This document shows positions 9,772-19,248 of a stretch of DNA of 64,000 nucleotides, piece by piece. How positions within the stretch are numbered: position 1 is the stretch's first letter; each line of letters starts with the position of its first letter. Made by a program: the position numbers and the translations under genes. The notes under the pieces are model-generated. The model did no database searches and was not told the origin of the DNA. It saw only the letters and a program-made list of their open reading frames with translations. Source of the DNA: Candidatus Bathyarchaeia archaeon (GTDB taxonomy: Archaea; Thermoproteota; Bathyarchaeia; Bathyarchaeales; Bathycorpusculaceae); the NCBI GenBank assembly GCA_049522695.1, contig JBEKNP010000001.1, positions 4,261 through 68,260 on the forward strand. Direction: 5' to 3'.

Positions 9772-10455
9772 TTGACCGTTTACTTATCCAGCATAGTTGG
9801 GAACTCAAGCATCAGTGTGTACTCGCTGGCCACAGAAAACATAGTGATAATTCCAAGAATGGTACCCAAGGAAAAAGCTCAAGAGTTCGCCGATTGGCTA
9901 AAAACCAAACTTGTCTATTCATCCATTGGCGGCTCAGTTCTTGCAGGTGCATTGGCATGCGCAAACTCGAACGGAATGCTACTTCCAAACTATATCCGAG
10001 AAGAAGAATTAACACAAATAAAATCTGTTTTTGAAGGCAATATCACAATTATGGAAACAAAAAAAACAGCTTATGGCAATCTTGTCTTGACCAACGACAA
10101 GGGTGCAGTGGTTGATCCGCGCTTTAAAGAAAAGGAAATTAAACAAATCTCCGAAACCTTGGGCGTGGAGGTGGTGCCAACAGAAATCGCAGGACTACCC
10201 TATGTCGGCTCCTTAGCTGTTGCAACAAACAAAGGCGTACTAGCTCACCCGTTGCTAAAAGATGAGGAAAGAACAATCTTAGAAAACGTTTTCAAAGTTC
10301 CCGTCGACGTGGGCACAGTTAACTGTGGGGTTCCTTATGTTGGAACTGGCTTACTTGCTAATTCGCACGCTGCCGTGGCTGGTTCTATGACAACAGGACC
10401 CGAGATGTTTATTATTGGGAATGCGCTGGATGTTGTGCAGGAAGATGAAAAATGA
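9772..10455 (+). CDS. eif6: Translation initiation factor 6
   Basis: GNLVLTNDKGAVV, GTVNCGVPYVGTG, TTGPE. Confidence 0.95.
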   Translation: MTVYLSSIVGNSSISVYSLATENIVIIPRMVPKEKAQEFADWLKTKLVYSSIGGSVLAGALACANSNGMLLPNYIREEELTQIKSVFEGNITIMETKKTAYGNLVLTNDKGAVVDPRFKEKEIKQISETLGVEVVPTEIAGLPYVGSLAVATNKGVLAHPLLKDEERTILENVFKVPVDVGTVNCGVPYVGTGLLANSHAAVAGSMTTGPEMFIIGNALDVVQEDEK

Positions 10456-10679
10456 AGGCTTTTAAAGTAACCGGCGAAATTAATAAGCCAAAGCTGGCAA
10501 CTCCATTCGTAAAAGAATTGTTAGCTGACAAAAGCGAGCATGCAGTGGAGAAGGTTTACGCTGAAATAGGCAGCAGACACCGGGTAAAAAGATGCCATAT
10601 TAAAATAATTAATGTTAAAGAAGTTTCTGCAGAGGAAATTGAGAACCCAATCTTAAAGAAAATCGTAAGTGGAGAATAA
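10452..10679 (+). CDS. rpl18a: 50S ribosomal protein L18a/LX
   Basis: MKAFKVTG, EKVYAEIGSRHRVKR. Confidence 0.92.
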   Translation: MKAFKVTGEINKPKLATPFVKELLADKSEHAVEKVYAEIGSRHRVKRCHIKIINVKEVSAEEIENPILKKIVSGE

Positions 10680-11121
10680 GCACTTGGCGCAAGGAAATAA
10701 ACCAGAGGAAGAACTTCGCAAACTCAGCATGGAAATGCAATATCTAGAGCAAACAGCAGACGCATTGCAACAACGCATCAGCATGGTAAACGCAGCTATG
10801 ACAGACTTAACTTACGCTAACATGACTTTGGATGGAATTGAAAAAGAAAAAGAAAACGCTGAACTTTTGGTTCCAATCGGCGGAAGCGCTTACGTAAAAG
10901 CTAAACTTGCAGACACTAACAAGGTAATTGTGGGATTGGGTGCAGGCGTATCCATAGAAAAAACCCTGCTAGAAGCAAAAACAACTCTAAAAGAACGGTT
11001 GAATGAACTGGAAAAAACCATGAACGCCGCTCAGCAACAGTTTACCCAAGTGGCTGACCGAATGAACAAAGGCAGAAGCAGGCTTGAAACTTTGCTTGCT
11101 CCAAGAGAAGGGAAAACTTGA
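10669..11121 (+). CDS. pfdA: Prefoldin alpha subunit
   Basis: LLVPIGGSAYVKA, VIVGLGAGVSIEK, flanking coiled coils. Confidence 0.93.
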   Translation: MENKHLAQGNKPEEELRKLSMEMQYLEQTADALQQRISMVNAAMTDLTYANMTLDGIEKEKENAELLVPIGGSAYVKAKLADTNKVIVGLGAGVSIEKTLLEAKTTLKERLNELEKTMNAAQQQFTQVADRMNKGRSRLETLLAPREGKT

Positions 11122-11125
11122 AGCG

Positions 11126-12031
11126 ATGTTTGAGAAGCTCAAGTCCGGTTTCAAAGGCTTAGTAAACAAAGTTACAACAACAGAACTTAAAGCTGAAAAT
11201 CTAAACCCTATTTTATCAGAGTTCAAAATGAGCCTAGCAGAAAACGATGTGGCTTTTCCAGTAGCAGAAAAAATCAGCAACGACCTTGAAAAGCGCCTAG
11301 TCGGCGTTCAAGTTAAACGCTTGGAAGACAGAAAAAAAATCGTTGAAGAAAACCTCAGACAGGTTCTTTTAGGAGTCATGCTTACCAACAAAAGAATTGA
11401 TTTGCTCAAGTTGGCGGATGAAAAACGCAAGAAGAAAGAGCCCTTCATCTTAATGTTTGTAGGCATTAACGGCACAGGAAAAACCACTACAATCGCAAAG
11501 GTTGCACAGTTTTTCCGGGATAAAGGCTACTCTGTAGTGCTTGCTGGCGCTGACACTTACCGCGCTGGCTCAATTGAGCAGTTAGAGGAGCATGGAAAAC
11601 GTTTAGGCATTCGAGTCATCAAGAGTAATTACGGCGGTGACCCAGCGGCAGTAGCTTTTGACGCTGTAAGCCACGCTAAATCACATGGAATTAACATTGT
11701 TTTAATCGACACTGCTGGTAGAATGCAGACTAATCAAAACTTGATGAATGAACTTGTTAAAGTGAAGCGTGTCGTTGGTCCTGACTTAACTGTTTTAACC
11801 GTTGATTCACTGATTGGTAACGACGCCGTCATGCAAGCGGAAGAATTCAACAAAGCAGTCGGCGTTGACGCCACAATTTTAACAAAAGTGGATGCAGACG
11901 TGAAGGGCGGCTCCGCGCTAAGCGTAACATACGTAACTCAGAAGCCGATTTTGTTCATCGGAGTCGGGCAAACGTATAAGGATTTAGAACTGTTTAACCC
12001 TGAAAAATTCGTCAACATGGTATTACGATAA
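11126..12031 (+). CDS. ftsY: SRP receptor FtsY (NG domain only)
   Basis: GINGTGKTTT, DTYRAG, DTAGR, TKVD, GVGQ motifs; ATG MFEKLK at 11126. Confidence 0.95.
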   Translation: MFEKLKSGFKGLVNKVTTTELKAENLNPILSEFKMSLAENDVAFPVAEKISNDLEKRLVGVQVKRLEDRKKIVEENLRQVLLGVMLTNKRIDLLKLADEKRKKKEPFILMFVGINGTGKTTTIAKVAQFFRDKGYSVVLAGADTYRAGSIEQLEEHGKRLGIRVIKSNYGGDPAAVAFDAVSHAKSHGINIVLIDTAGRMQTNQNLMNELVKVKRVVGPDLTVLTVDSLIGNDAVMQAEEFNKAVGVDATILTKVDADVKGGSALSVTYVTQKPILFIGVGQTYKDLELFNPEKFVNMVLR

Positions 12032-12032
12032 A

Positions 12033-12401
12033 CTACGGCTCCTCAATTTCCACCAGTTCAAAGCGTATTTTGCTTGGATAAACCCAATACGCTTTAATGA
12101 AGTCTTCAATGCTTTGATTCACATCTAAGGCTTCGAAAAAATTGATAAAAGCCTTATCTATGCCGCCCACGTTTTTTGATGTGTACACTCTCAAGTCAGC
12201 CAAATATTTCTTATCGACACTTAGCTTTTGCATCGAAATCATGCCTGGCACCTCTACCGCAAACATCAAATTCGTTAAAACGTCTAAAACGGCAACCTTA
12301 CGTACGCTTTCGTTTTTGGTTTTTACAACAATCAACCGTTTATCAAAAACCCTAAAATTCCAATCACTTTCTATATCTAAAGAAGCCGACATAACTTTCA
12401 C
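12033..12401 (-). CDS. Hypothetical protein (122 aa)
   Basis: Clean ORF convergent with ftsY; no recognised motif. Confidence 0.55.
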   Translation of the reverse strand: MKVMSASLDIESDWNFRVFDKRLIVVKTKNESVRKVAVLDVLTNLMFAVEVPGMISMQKLSVDKKYLADLRVYTSKNVGGIDKAFINFFEALDVNQSIEDFIKAYWVYPSKIRFELVEIEEP

Positions 12402-12719
12402 AATAAAACTAAGCTTTCCAGCTTAAAAAACTTAAAGAATTCTTGCGGAACCGTTTCAATAGTCTCTATAGATTATTTGTGAAACTCTTAAGAATATTGT
12501 AACAACTCTATGTTTTTGCCGAGAGATACGCAGAGCCAACAAAAAACAAGAATGCTTCAGCGAATCAACGTTTAACAAGCCCCAAATAACCCCCCAATTG
12601 GATTCCCCAATCTCTATCCTTCACCTGTTGAACGTTCGATTCGCTGAGCAATCGTTTTAAATCAGTTGCTTAAATTTGCCCTACTAAAAACCAACCGGCA
12701 AGTTTACTTTTGAGTAAGC

Positions 12720-12938
12720 CTAAGGTTTTGATTGTTCTTTTTTACATTTTGATGGGTCACGTAAATTCTGGATTGGCGAATTGCCCGAGTAGCCTAAGGA
12801 CGTTTGAGTTTTTTGTTTATATTTTTTCTCTGCTTCTTTCGCTTTGCTTTCTTTTGCGCTAAGTTCAACGCTTCCCTCAAGCTTACGTATAGTTCTGCCT
12901 AATCTGCGTTGACCTTTTGTTACCGTACATTTTCCCAT
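12720..12938 (-). CDS. Possible small basic hypothetical protein
   Basis: 72-aa K/R-rich ORF; no motif. Confidence 0.3.
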   Translation of the reverse strand: MGKCTVTKGQRRLGRTIRKLEGSVELSAKESKAKEAEKKYKQKTQTSLGYSGNSPIQNLRDPSKCKKEQSKP

Positions 12939-13010
12939 CTTTTGCTCAAGGGTAATTAACGCTAAAGTTAAAAAACCCTTCTAACTACTAGTTGTGTAGG
13001 TGATGTTTTT

Positions 13011-13424
13011 ATGAAAGCAAAAGTTAGAAATATAAAGCAAAAAGTGGTTATTCCAGCCTCTCCGAAAGAAGTTTACGAAGCCTATGTTGACCCGAAAAAG
13101 CACAGCCAATTCACAGGCAGCAAAGCCACAGGCAAAGCAGTGGTCGGCGGCAAATTTACTGCTTGGGACGGGTACATTTTTGGAAAATACCTTGAACTTG
13201 ACGATGGAAAACGTGTTGTTCAGGAGTGGACCTCGACCGATTTTCCAAAAGGCGCTGGTCCTTCAAGGTTAGAGTTATGTTTCAATAAGGTACCTGAAGG
13301 AACAGAACTTGTTATGGTGCATTCGGGCGTTCCAGAAGAGCAGGCGGATGAAACTGCTGAGGGCTGGATGGAGTGGTATTGGAATCCGCTGAAAAAGTAC
13401 TTTAGCAATCAATCAAAAGCTTAA
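13011..13424 (+). CDS. SRPBCC/AHSA1 (activator of Hsp90 ATPase homolog 1-like) protein
   Basis: ASPKEVYEAY, GGKFTAWDGYIFG, VQEW, GWMEWYW. Confidence 0.88.
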   Translation: MKAKVRNIKQKVVIPASPKEVYEAYVDPKKHSQFTGSKATGKAVVGGKFTAWDGYIFGKYLELDDGKRVVQEWTSTDFPKGAGPSRLELCFNKVPEGTELVMVHSGVPEEQADETAEGWMEWYWNPLKKYFSNQSKA

Positions 13425-13438
13425 TTGGAAAAAGTCAT

Positions 13439-14692
13439 TTAAGACGAATTTGGCAATACAAGTTTTTTGTTCTTTCCTTTCTTATCTTTGTCTATGCCTG
13501 AAAGGAAAAAGACGGCGGCTGAAACAGCCAGCAACACTGTTAGCGATATGAACATTCCATTGTAACGCAAAACCGATGCGAGGATTACGCCACTTATTAT
13601 GGGTCCAAGCACTTGCCCAACATCCATCATGGTGCTCAAAAAACCCATCGACGTGCCTACTAAGCTTTGGGGAGTTAGCTCGCACATCAAAGGCGCGGTG
13701 GAGGAGATTACCATTGCAAAGCCAAAGCCGTACCCAATTGAAATTGCAAGCAACAGCGGAAACTGCGTGGTGAATGGAACAAAAAACAAGAGTATGCCGC
13801 TGACTATGCAGCCTACAAAGATAGGTATGCTTCTGCTGCTTCTATCAGAAAAGCGCCCTATTATGGGTCTAGACAAAATCAAAGACACAATCTGCATACC
13901 CATAACCACAGAAACAACCAACGCATTAAAACCTGCCACTTCAATCATGTACTGCACCAAATAAAATTCCACCACACCGTAAACGTAGTATTGGCATGCT
14001 TGAACAAAACTTACAATCAAAGCACCCCTATTACGAGCGACCTCAACCCATCCCCGGAGTATCCTGCCCTTGGTCATCTTTGCTTTAGCAGGCGCCACAA
14101 CAGCTGTTTTACTTTCAGAAAGCAAAAGCAAGGCAATTACAAACGATGTGACACCTGCAATGCCAACCGCCAAGTATAACGTGTGGTAACCATAGTTAGT
14201 AACGAACAATATGGAGCCGCCCAAGAAAGGGGCAGCTCCTCTACCTATGGCTGTCGCCGAGTCGAAGATGGAGATGCGCTCGCCCCTATTTGCAGGGTAC
14301 CGCTCAGCAATTGAAGCTTCAGCTACAGGAACAAAAATCGCCGTCGCAAAGCCATGATAGAAGCGCACAAGCGCCAGCTGCCACCACACCGTTACAAACA
14401 GATAAAGGAATGGGGCGGAAGCGAAAACAAATGTGGCGAAAATGAGCATCTTTCTTCTGCCAAAGACATCTGACAGCGAAGCTGCCGGAAGGCTTACCAG
14501 TATGCCTGGAACAGTGGAGGCAGCCGCAATTACGCCGGTTAAGTCAGCTGGTGTTCCTAGTCTTATGGCAAAGGGGTTCAGCACTGGATCCTTTGACAGG
14601 GTTGAGCTTAAGATGGCAAACGCGCCCACTATACATATAACCCAGAAGTACCGAGTGGTTACCTTAGCGATTTTTCGCAGTTGCATTGACAA
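13439..14692 (-). CDS. MFS transporter
   Basis: Motif A (SLSDVFGRRKM) and second-half GRFSDRSSR; about 12 hydrophobic segments. Confidence 0.9.
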   Translation of the reverse strand: MSMQLRKIAKVTTRYFWVICIVGAFAILSSTLSKDPVLNPFAIRLGTPADLTGVIAAASTVPGILVSLPAASLSDVFGRRKMLIFATFVFASAPFLYLFVTVWWQLALVRFYHGFATAIFVPVAEASIAERYPANRGERISIFDSATAIGRGAAPFLGGSILFVTNYGYHTLYLAVGIAGVTSFVIALLLLSESKTAVVAPAKAKMTKGRILRGWVEVARNRGALIVSFVQACQYYVYGVVEFYLVQYMIEVAGFNALVVSVVMGMQIVSLILSRPIIGRFSDRSSRSIPIFVGCIVSGILLFFVPFTTQFPLLLAISIGYGFGFAMVISSTAPLMCELTPQSLVGTSMGFLSTMMDVGQVLGPIISGVILASVLRYNGMFISLTVLLAVSAAVFFLSGIDKDKKGKNKKLVLPNSS

Positions 14693-14919
14693 TCAACTAA
14701 TAACTTTTTGATAATGTGATATTTTGGCTTTTGCTTGCTAACGGCTGGACAACCGAGAAGACACACAAAAATTATCCGATACTAAAGCGAGGAGACAATT
14801 TTGCCGTTATGACAATGAGAAGGTTGCTTGCTGCCTTTATACAATTTATCGACAGCTAAAGCCGTAGCTTTAGTGTTACCTGGCTTTGAATAAAAACAAC
14901 CAATTTTCGGCATAAATTT

Positions 14920-15480
14920 TCACTTCACAATTTCCCTAATTATGCCATTAACCATTATCTTGGCGTTGTAGACGTATTCTAAATATTTTAGTCCCTGCTC
15001 CTGGTCCTCTTCGGTGAAGGCTTCTACCCCGTCTTTGACTATTACTATGTTGTACCCTCTGAAGAAAGCGTCAGCAGCCGTGTGACGCACGCATATGTGC
15101 GTATGCAACCCGCCCAGAACTACGGTTCTTACGCCTTCACCATTGTAGAGGCTCCGCAGAAGCGAATCTAAGCCTGTCTCGAAAAAGCCACTGTAAGTTC
15201 GCTTCTCCACAATTTAGTCTTTGCCTTCTTCAGGCTTAAGCTCAGCAATAACCTCTGCGCCAACCGAGCCTTTTATGGCATGGTTGCCCCATTTCCGCGT
15301 CACCTCAACGTCTTGCGGGTAATGAGCGTCGTTGCTTTAGATGACGGGCACCTCGTTTTTGCGTGCAGCCACAACAAGCCTCTGCAACTGTGGAATAACG
15401 GTTTTGGCACGCTCAACTTCTAATGTTCCAGTGACGAAGTCGTTTAGCATGACAACGATTAGGATAGTTGGGTTATCCAA
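14920..15480 (-). pseudogene. Isochorismatase/cysteine hydrolase family pseudogene
   Basis: Single frame from TTG 15480 with in-frame TAA at 15337-15339 and 15214-15216; catalytic-Asp motif reads IVVMLNDF instead of IVDMLNDF; KRTYSGF and HTHICVRHTAADAF retained. Confidence 0.85.
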
Positions 15481-15532
15481 AAATTTCACTCTCAACTAAA
15501 CAAAACTCACGAACGGACATTTTAGTTTTACT

Positions 15533-16624
15533 TTAAAGTTTTGCTTCTAACGAGTAGGATCCAATGGTAAGTTTCTCAGCGCCATCATGCGTGACGAAGA
15601 CGGTATCTTCGATTCTGACTCCGCCGTAACCTGGCAAGTAAATTCCAGGTTCATCCGTCACCACGTTGCCTGCTTCTAACGTGTCTTTGCTGTCGGTGCT
15701 CAAGGTTGGTGCTTCATGAATTTCCAAGCCTACACCGTGCCCCAGGTTGTGAACGAAAAACTCTCCATAACCACCTGCTTCAATTGCCTGCCTAGCTACG
15801 GCATCGACTTCCTTGGCTGGAATTTTGGGTTTTATGGTTTGGAAGGCTTTTTGATGCGCAAGTTTGACTGTTTTATAGATTTTTCTTTGTTTTTCGGAAG
15901 GTTTTCCTGCTGTGAAGGTTCGAGTCATATCTGAACGGTAGAAGTTGCAGGTTGCGCCTAAATCAACAACCACCAAGTCGCCTTCACGGATTGTTCTGTC
16001 TGAGCAGGAACCATGAGGAAAAGCTGAGGCGGCTCCTGAGGCAATAATGGTGTCAAAGCTGGTTCCGTCAGAGCCTTTCTTGCGCATTGCATACTCGATT
16101 TCGGCTGCCGCTTGCTTCTCTTTTACCCCTGATTTTATGGTTTCAAACGCTACTTGCATGCCTATACTTGCTAAATTGCAGGCCTCATGGATGTTCTGGA
16201 TTTCTTGATGATCTTTGATTTTTCGCATCTCGCGAAGGAGGTTGCCGGCTGGTTCGAGTTTTTCTTCGCTACCGAATGCCTTGGCAAGGGCACGCCAACT
16301 TTCAATTGGCAGAGTGTCCACGGCAAATTTGCTTGGATTCTTGGAGGCTGTTTTGTTAGCGATTTTTTCCATTAGGTTTTCGCCTCGTTTGAGGAGTTCC
16401 ACCGTTAACCCCTTGGTTTCTGCTTTTGCCTGCTCGTAATTAACTGCTGAAACGTACAGGACGCTTTCGCCTTGTTCGGGAATTAGCAGTGCGGTTGCTC
16501 CTGGGAAGCTTGTGAAGTAGGTTAAGTTGATGCCGTTAAAAATTAGAAAAAAATTGAATTTTCCTTCTTTAAATGCTGATTGCTTGAGAGCGTTTATTCT
16601 GTTCAAGGTTTGTTCGCCTAACAA
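15533..16624 (-). CDS. Xaa-Pro aminopeptidase/prolidase (M24)
   Basis: DLG, SDMTRT, HNLGHGVGLEIHE, EPGIY, GVRIED metal ligands. Confidence 0.93.
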   Translation of the reverse strand: MLGEQTLNRINALKQSAFKEGKFNFFLIFNGINLTYFTSFPGATALLIPEQGESVLYVSAVNYEQAKAETKGLTVELLKRGENLMEKIANKTASKNPSKFAVDTLPIESWRALAKAFGSEEKLEPAGNLLREMRKIKDHQEIQNIHEACNLASIGMQVAFETIKSGVKEKQAAAEIEYAMRKKGSDGTSFDTIIASGAASAFPHGSCSDRTIREGDLVVVDLGATCNFYRSDMTRTFTAGKPSEKQRKIYKTVKLAHQKAFQTIKPKIPAKEVDAVARQAIEAGGYGEFFVHNLGHGVGLEIHEAPTLSTDSKDTLEAGNVVTDEPGIYLPGYGGVRIEDTVFVTHDGAEKLTIGSYSLEAKL

Positions 16625-16766
16625 AAGAGGGAATGTTTTTGGTCGGTTTAAGGGTTCGCTTCATTTTTGCGTTATGTAACTAAAAACAAGTCGGTTTTAA
16701 CCGTGAAATTTTAAACGAATCAGCCATTAACTTAATATAGTTTTCAGTTAAATCCCGTAACTAGGA

Positions 16767-18677
16767 ATGAGGGAAGAATGCATGTTTGCTTATGCAGGAA
16801 AAATTTTACATGTTAACCTCACAACTGGAGAAATAAAAACCGAGCCATTATCAGAAGATATGGCTAAACAGTACATCGGCGGAATAGGTTTAGGTATCCG
16901 GTTACTTATGGACAATTCAAAAGCAGGCACTGATGCCTTTGACCCAGATAACCCGTTGATTTACTGCTCTGCTCCACTTAGCGGCACCATGGGTCCAACA
17001 GCCGGAAACGGTTACGCTGTTGTTTCCAAGTCACCTGCCACTGGCGGAGTAGGCGAAGCCAAAGCACACGGGTTCTTTGGTCCAGACCTTAAACGTGCAG
17101 GGTACGATGCAGTTGTCATCACGGGTAAAGCACCAAAATTATCTTATCTTTGGATTGACGATGATAAAGTCGAAATCCGAAACGCTGAATACCTAAAGTA
17201 CGCAACAGTAAACGATACTGATAACAAGATCCGAGATGAACTCGGCGACTTTTACATCCGCGTTTCAGCGATCGGCGAAGCGGGAGAAAAACTTTGCCGT
17301 TTTGCCGCAATCATAAATGATGAGTTCCGAGCCATTGGACGCACAGGCATGGGCGGAGTTATGGGCTCTAAAAACCTAAAGGCAGTCGCTGTCCGCGGAA
17401 CACATGATGTTAATGTAGCAAACCTTGAAGGATTCAAAGAATTTATCAAAATGATTCATGAACGCATGAAGGGTCCATCCACCAAGAAATACAAAACTTT
17501 AGGCACACCCGAAAACGTTTTGGTTTTAAACTCGCTATCAGCCCTTGCAACGAGAAACTGGACTAACGCAACCTTTGAAGGCGCAGACAAAGTTAGTGGT
17601 GAATACTTAAACGAGCATTATGTTAAGAAAATTGTTGGCTGCGCAACATGCGGTATGCGTTGCGACCACATTGCAGTTGTGCCGGAAGGACCATACAAGG
17701 GTTCAACTTCACGATTAGAGTTCGAGTGTCTCTGGAGCATGGGACCACTATGCGGCGTTGACCGTTTAGACGCAGTTATTGAAGCTATGCGCATTACAAA
17801 CGAGTACGGTATGGATGGCATATCAATCGGCGTCGTTGTTGCCTTTGCAATGGATCTCTATGAGCATGGCGTAATTACAAAGGAGCAAACTGACGGAATT
17901 GATTTACACTTCGGAAATGCTGAAGCGCTCATAGCCATGATTCATAAAATCGGCAAACGCGAAGGCTGGCTTGGCAATATATTAGCTGAAGGTGTAGCTA
18001 AAGCCGCAGAATTAATCGGCGGAGACGCATACAAGTACGCTTGCCACATTAAAGGCTTAGAATTACCAGGCTATGACCTGAGAACCTTAAAAACTGCGGC
18101 ACTTGGCTTTAGCGTCTCGTTCCGTGGTGCATGTCACCTCAGAAACGGCGCTTACTCACCTGACGTTAAAGGCAAAGTCAACCGTTTCAAAATCGAAAAA
18201 GGCAGGGGCAAAATAATCACTGATGAGAGCCTCATGTATAACATTATTGACTCACTCATTGTATGTAAATTCAGCAGAGGCACATACTATGATGGATGGA
18301 AAGACCTAGCCAACTACTATACACTGGCAACGGGAATCCCAATCACTGTTGAAGAAATGGCTAAAGACGGTGACAGAATCGAAAACTTGGCAAGACTCTT
18401 CAACATCCGAGAAGGCAAAGGCACACGCAAATACGATGATGTACCCTACAAAATAAAGAATTTCCCAGTGCCTGATGAGGGACCAGCTAAAGGCGCCTGC
18501 GTTAACGACGAAGAAATGGCTGTAGGCTTAGATGACTATTATGCTTCAAGAGGATGGACAGTTGACGGTATTCCAACGGTTGAACGCTTGCAACAGGTAG
18601 GTTTAGGCGACTTAGCCTACATTGCCGAGAACGCAATGAAAGCTGCGCAAGAAGCTAAACCTCAAGGAGGAAACTAA
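16767..18677 (+). CDS. aor: Tungsten-family aldehyde:ferredoxin oxidoreductase
   Basis: SKSPATG, GRTGMGGVMGSKNLKA, CATCGMRC [4Fe-4S], RGACH, YYASRGW; true start may be the second ATG (MFAYAG). Confidence 0.92.
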   Translation: MREECMFAYAGKILHVNLTTGEIKTEPLSEDMAKQYIGGIGLGIRLLMDNSKAGTDAFDPDNPLIYCSAPLSGTMGPTAGNGYAVVSKSPATGGVGEAKAHGFFGPDLKRAGYDAVVITGKAPKLSYLWIDDDKVEIRNAEYLKYATVNDTDNKIRDELGDFYIRVSAIGEAGEKLCRFAAIINDEFRAIGRTGMGGVMGSKNLKAVAVRGTHDVNVANLEGFKEFIKMIHERMKGPSTKKYKTLGTPENVLVLNSLSALATRNWTNATFEGADKVSGEYLNEHYVKKIVGCATCGMRCDHIAVVPEGPYKGSTSRLEFECLWSMGPLCGVDRLDAVIEAMRITNEYGMDGISIGVVVAFAMDLYEHGVITKEQTDGIDLHFGNAEALIAMIHKIGKREGWLGNILAEGVAKAAELIGGDAYKYACHIKGLELPGYDLRTLKTAALGFSVSFRGACHLRNGAYSPDVKGKVNRFKIEKGRGKIITDESLMYNIIDSLIVCKFSRGTYYDGWKDLANYYTLATGIPITVEEMAKDGDRIENLARLFNIREGKGTRKYDDVPYKIKNFPVPDEGPAKGACVNDEEMAVGLDDYYASRGWTVDGIPTVERLQQVGLGDLAYIAENAMKAAQEAKPQGGN

Positions 18678-18678
18678 A

Positions 18679-19188
18679 ATGGTGCGACCACAAGACAGAA
18701 AATTCGTAACAGCAGACCCAGAGAAATGCATAGGCTGCTGCGTTTGCGAATACGCCTGCAGCATGGTTAACGAGAAAACCTTCAATCCGACTAAATCACG
18801 AATACGCGCTATGCGCATGGGACCACTTGTGAATCTGGCAGTTACCTGCAGGCACTGTGAAGATCCAGCATGCGTAGCTGCGTGCCCAAGAGACGCGCTC
18901 TCGCAGGAAGAGAACAGTGGAATAATCCGTGTTGACGAGAACGCTTGCAACGGTTGCGGATGGTGCATCAGCGCATGCCAATTCGGTGCCATGAACATGC
19001 ATCCAGACAAGAAAATCGTGTTCACATGCAACAGCTGCACAGACAACGAAACAAAAGAGCCTCAATGCGTCCAATGGTGCCCTGAAGAAGCATTAACATA
19101 CGTTACTGCAGAAACTTTGGCGCAGAAATACAGACAAAAAGCTGTCAAGAACCTGTTCCAAACAGCAGAAGCCAGTAAAGCAAAATAA
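18679..19188 (+). CDS. Four-cluster 4Fe-4S protein (DmsB/CooF-type), AOR partner
   Basis: CIGCCVCEYAC, CRHCEDPACVAACP, CNGCGWCISAC, CNSC...CVQWCP. Confidence 0.9.
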   Translation: MVRPQDRKFVTADPEKCIGCCVCEYACSMVNEKTFNPTKSRIRAMRMGPLVNLAVTCRHCEDPACVAACPRDALSQEENSGIIRVDENACNGCGWCISACQFGAMNMHPDKKIVFTCNSCTDNETKEPQCVQWCPEEALTYVTAETLAQKYRQKAVKNLFQTAEASKAK

Positions 19189-19248
19189 GCTCAATTTAGC
19201 GCTTTTAAAACGCTCTCTTTTTAATTTTTTTCCTCTCATTCCAAGTCG

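Noticed and set aside
3653-11125. Longest-ORF starts for rfbD (3653), the ferredoxin (6887), rps19e (7301) and ftsY (11084)
   Set aside because: The extensions overlap upstream genes or lack homologous sequence; downstream starts fit family N-termini and promoter/RBS positions
14920-15480. TAA-to-Tyr recoding
   Set aside because: TAA terminates many conserved genes in this window, and the same gene has also lost its catalytic Asp
16692-16703. CGGTT-TT-AACCG palindrome upstream of aor as a SurR-type site
   Set aside because: The spacing differs from GTT-N3-AAC, and a 5-bp inverted repeat is expected by chance
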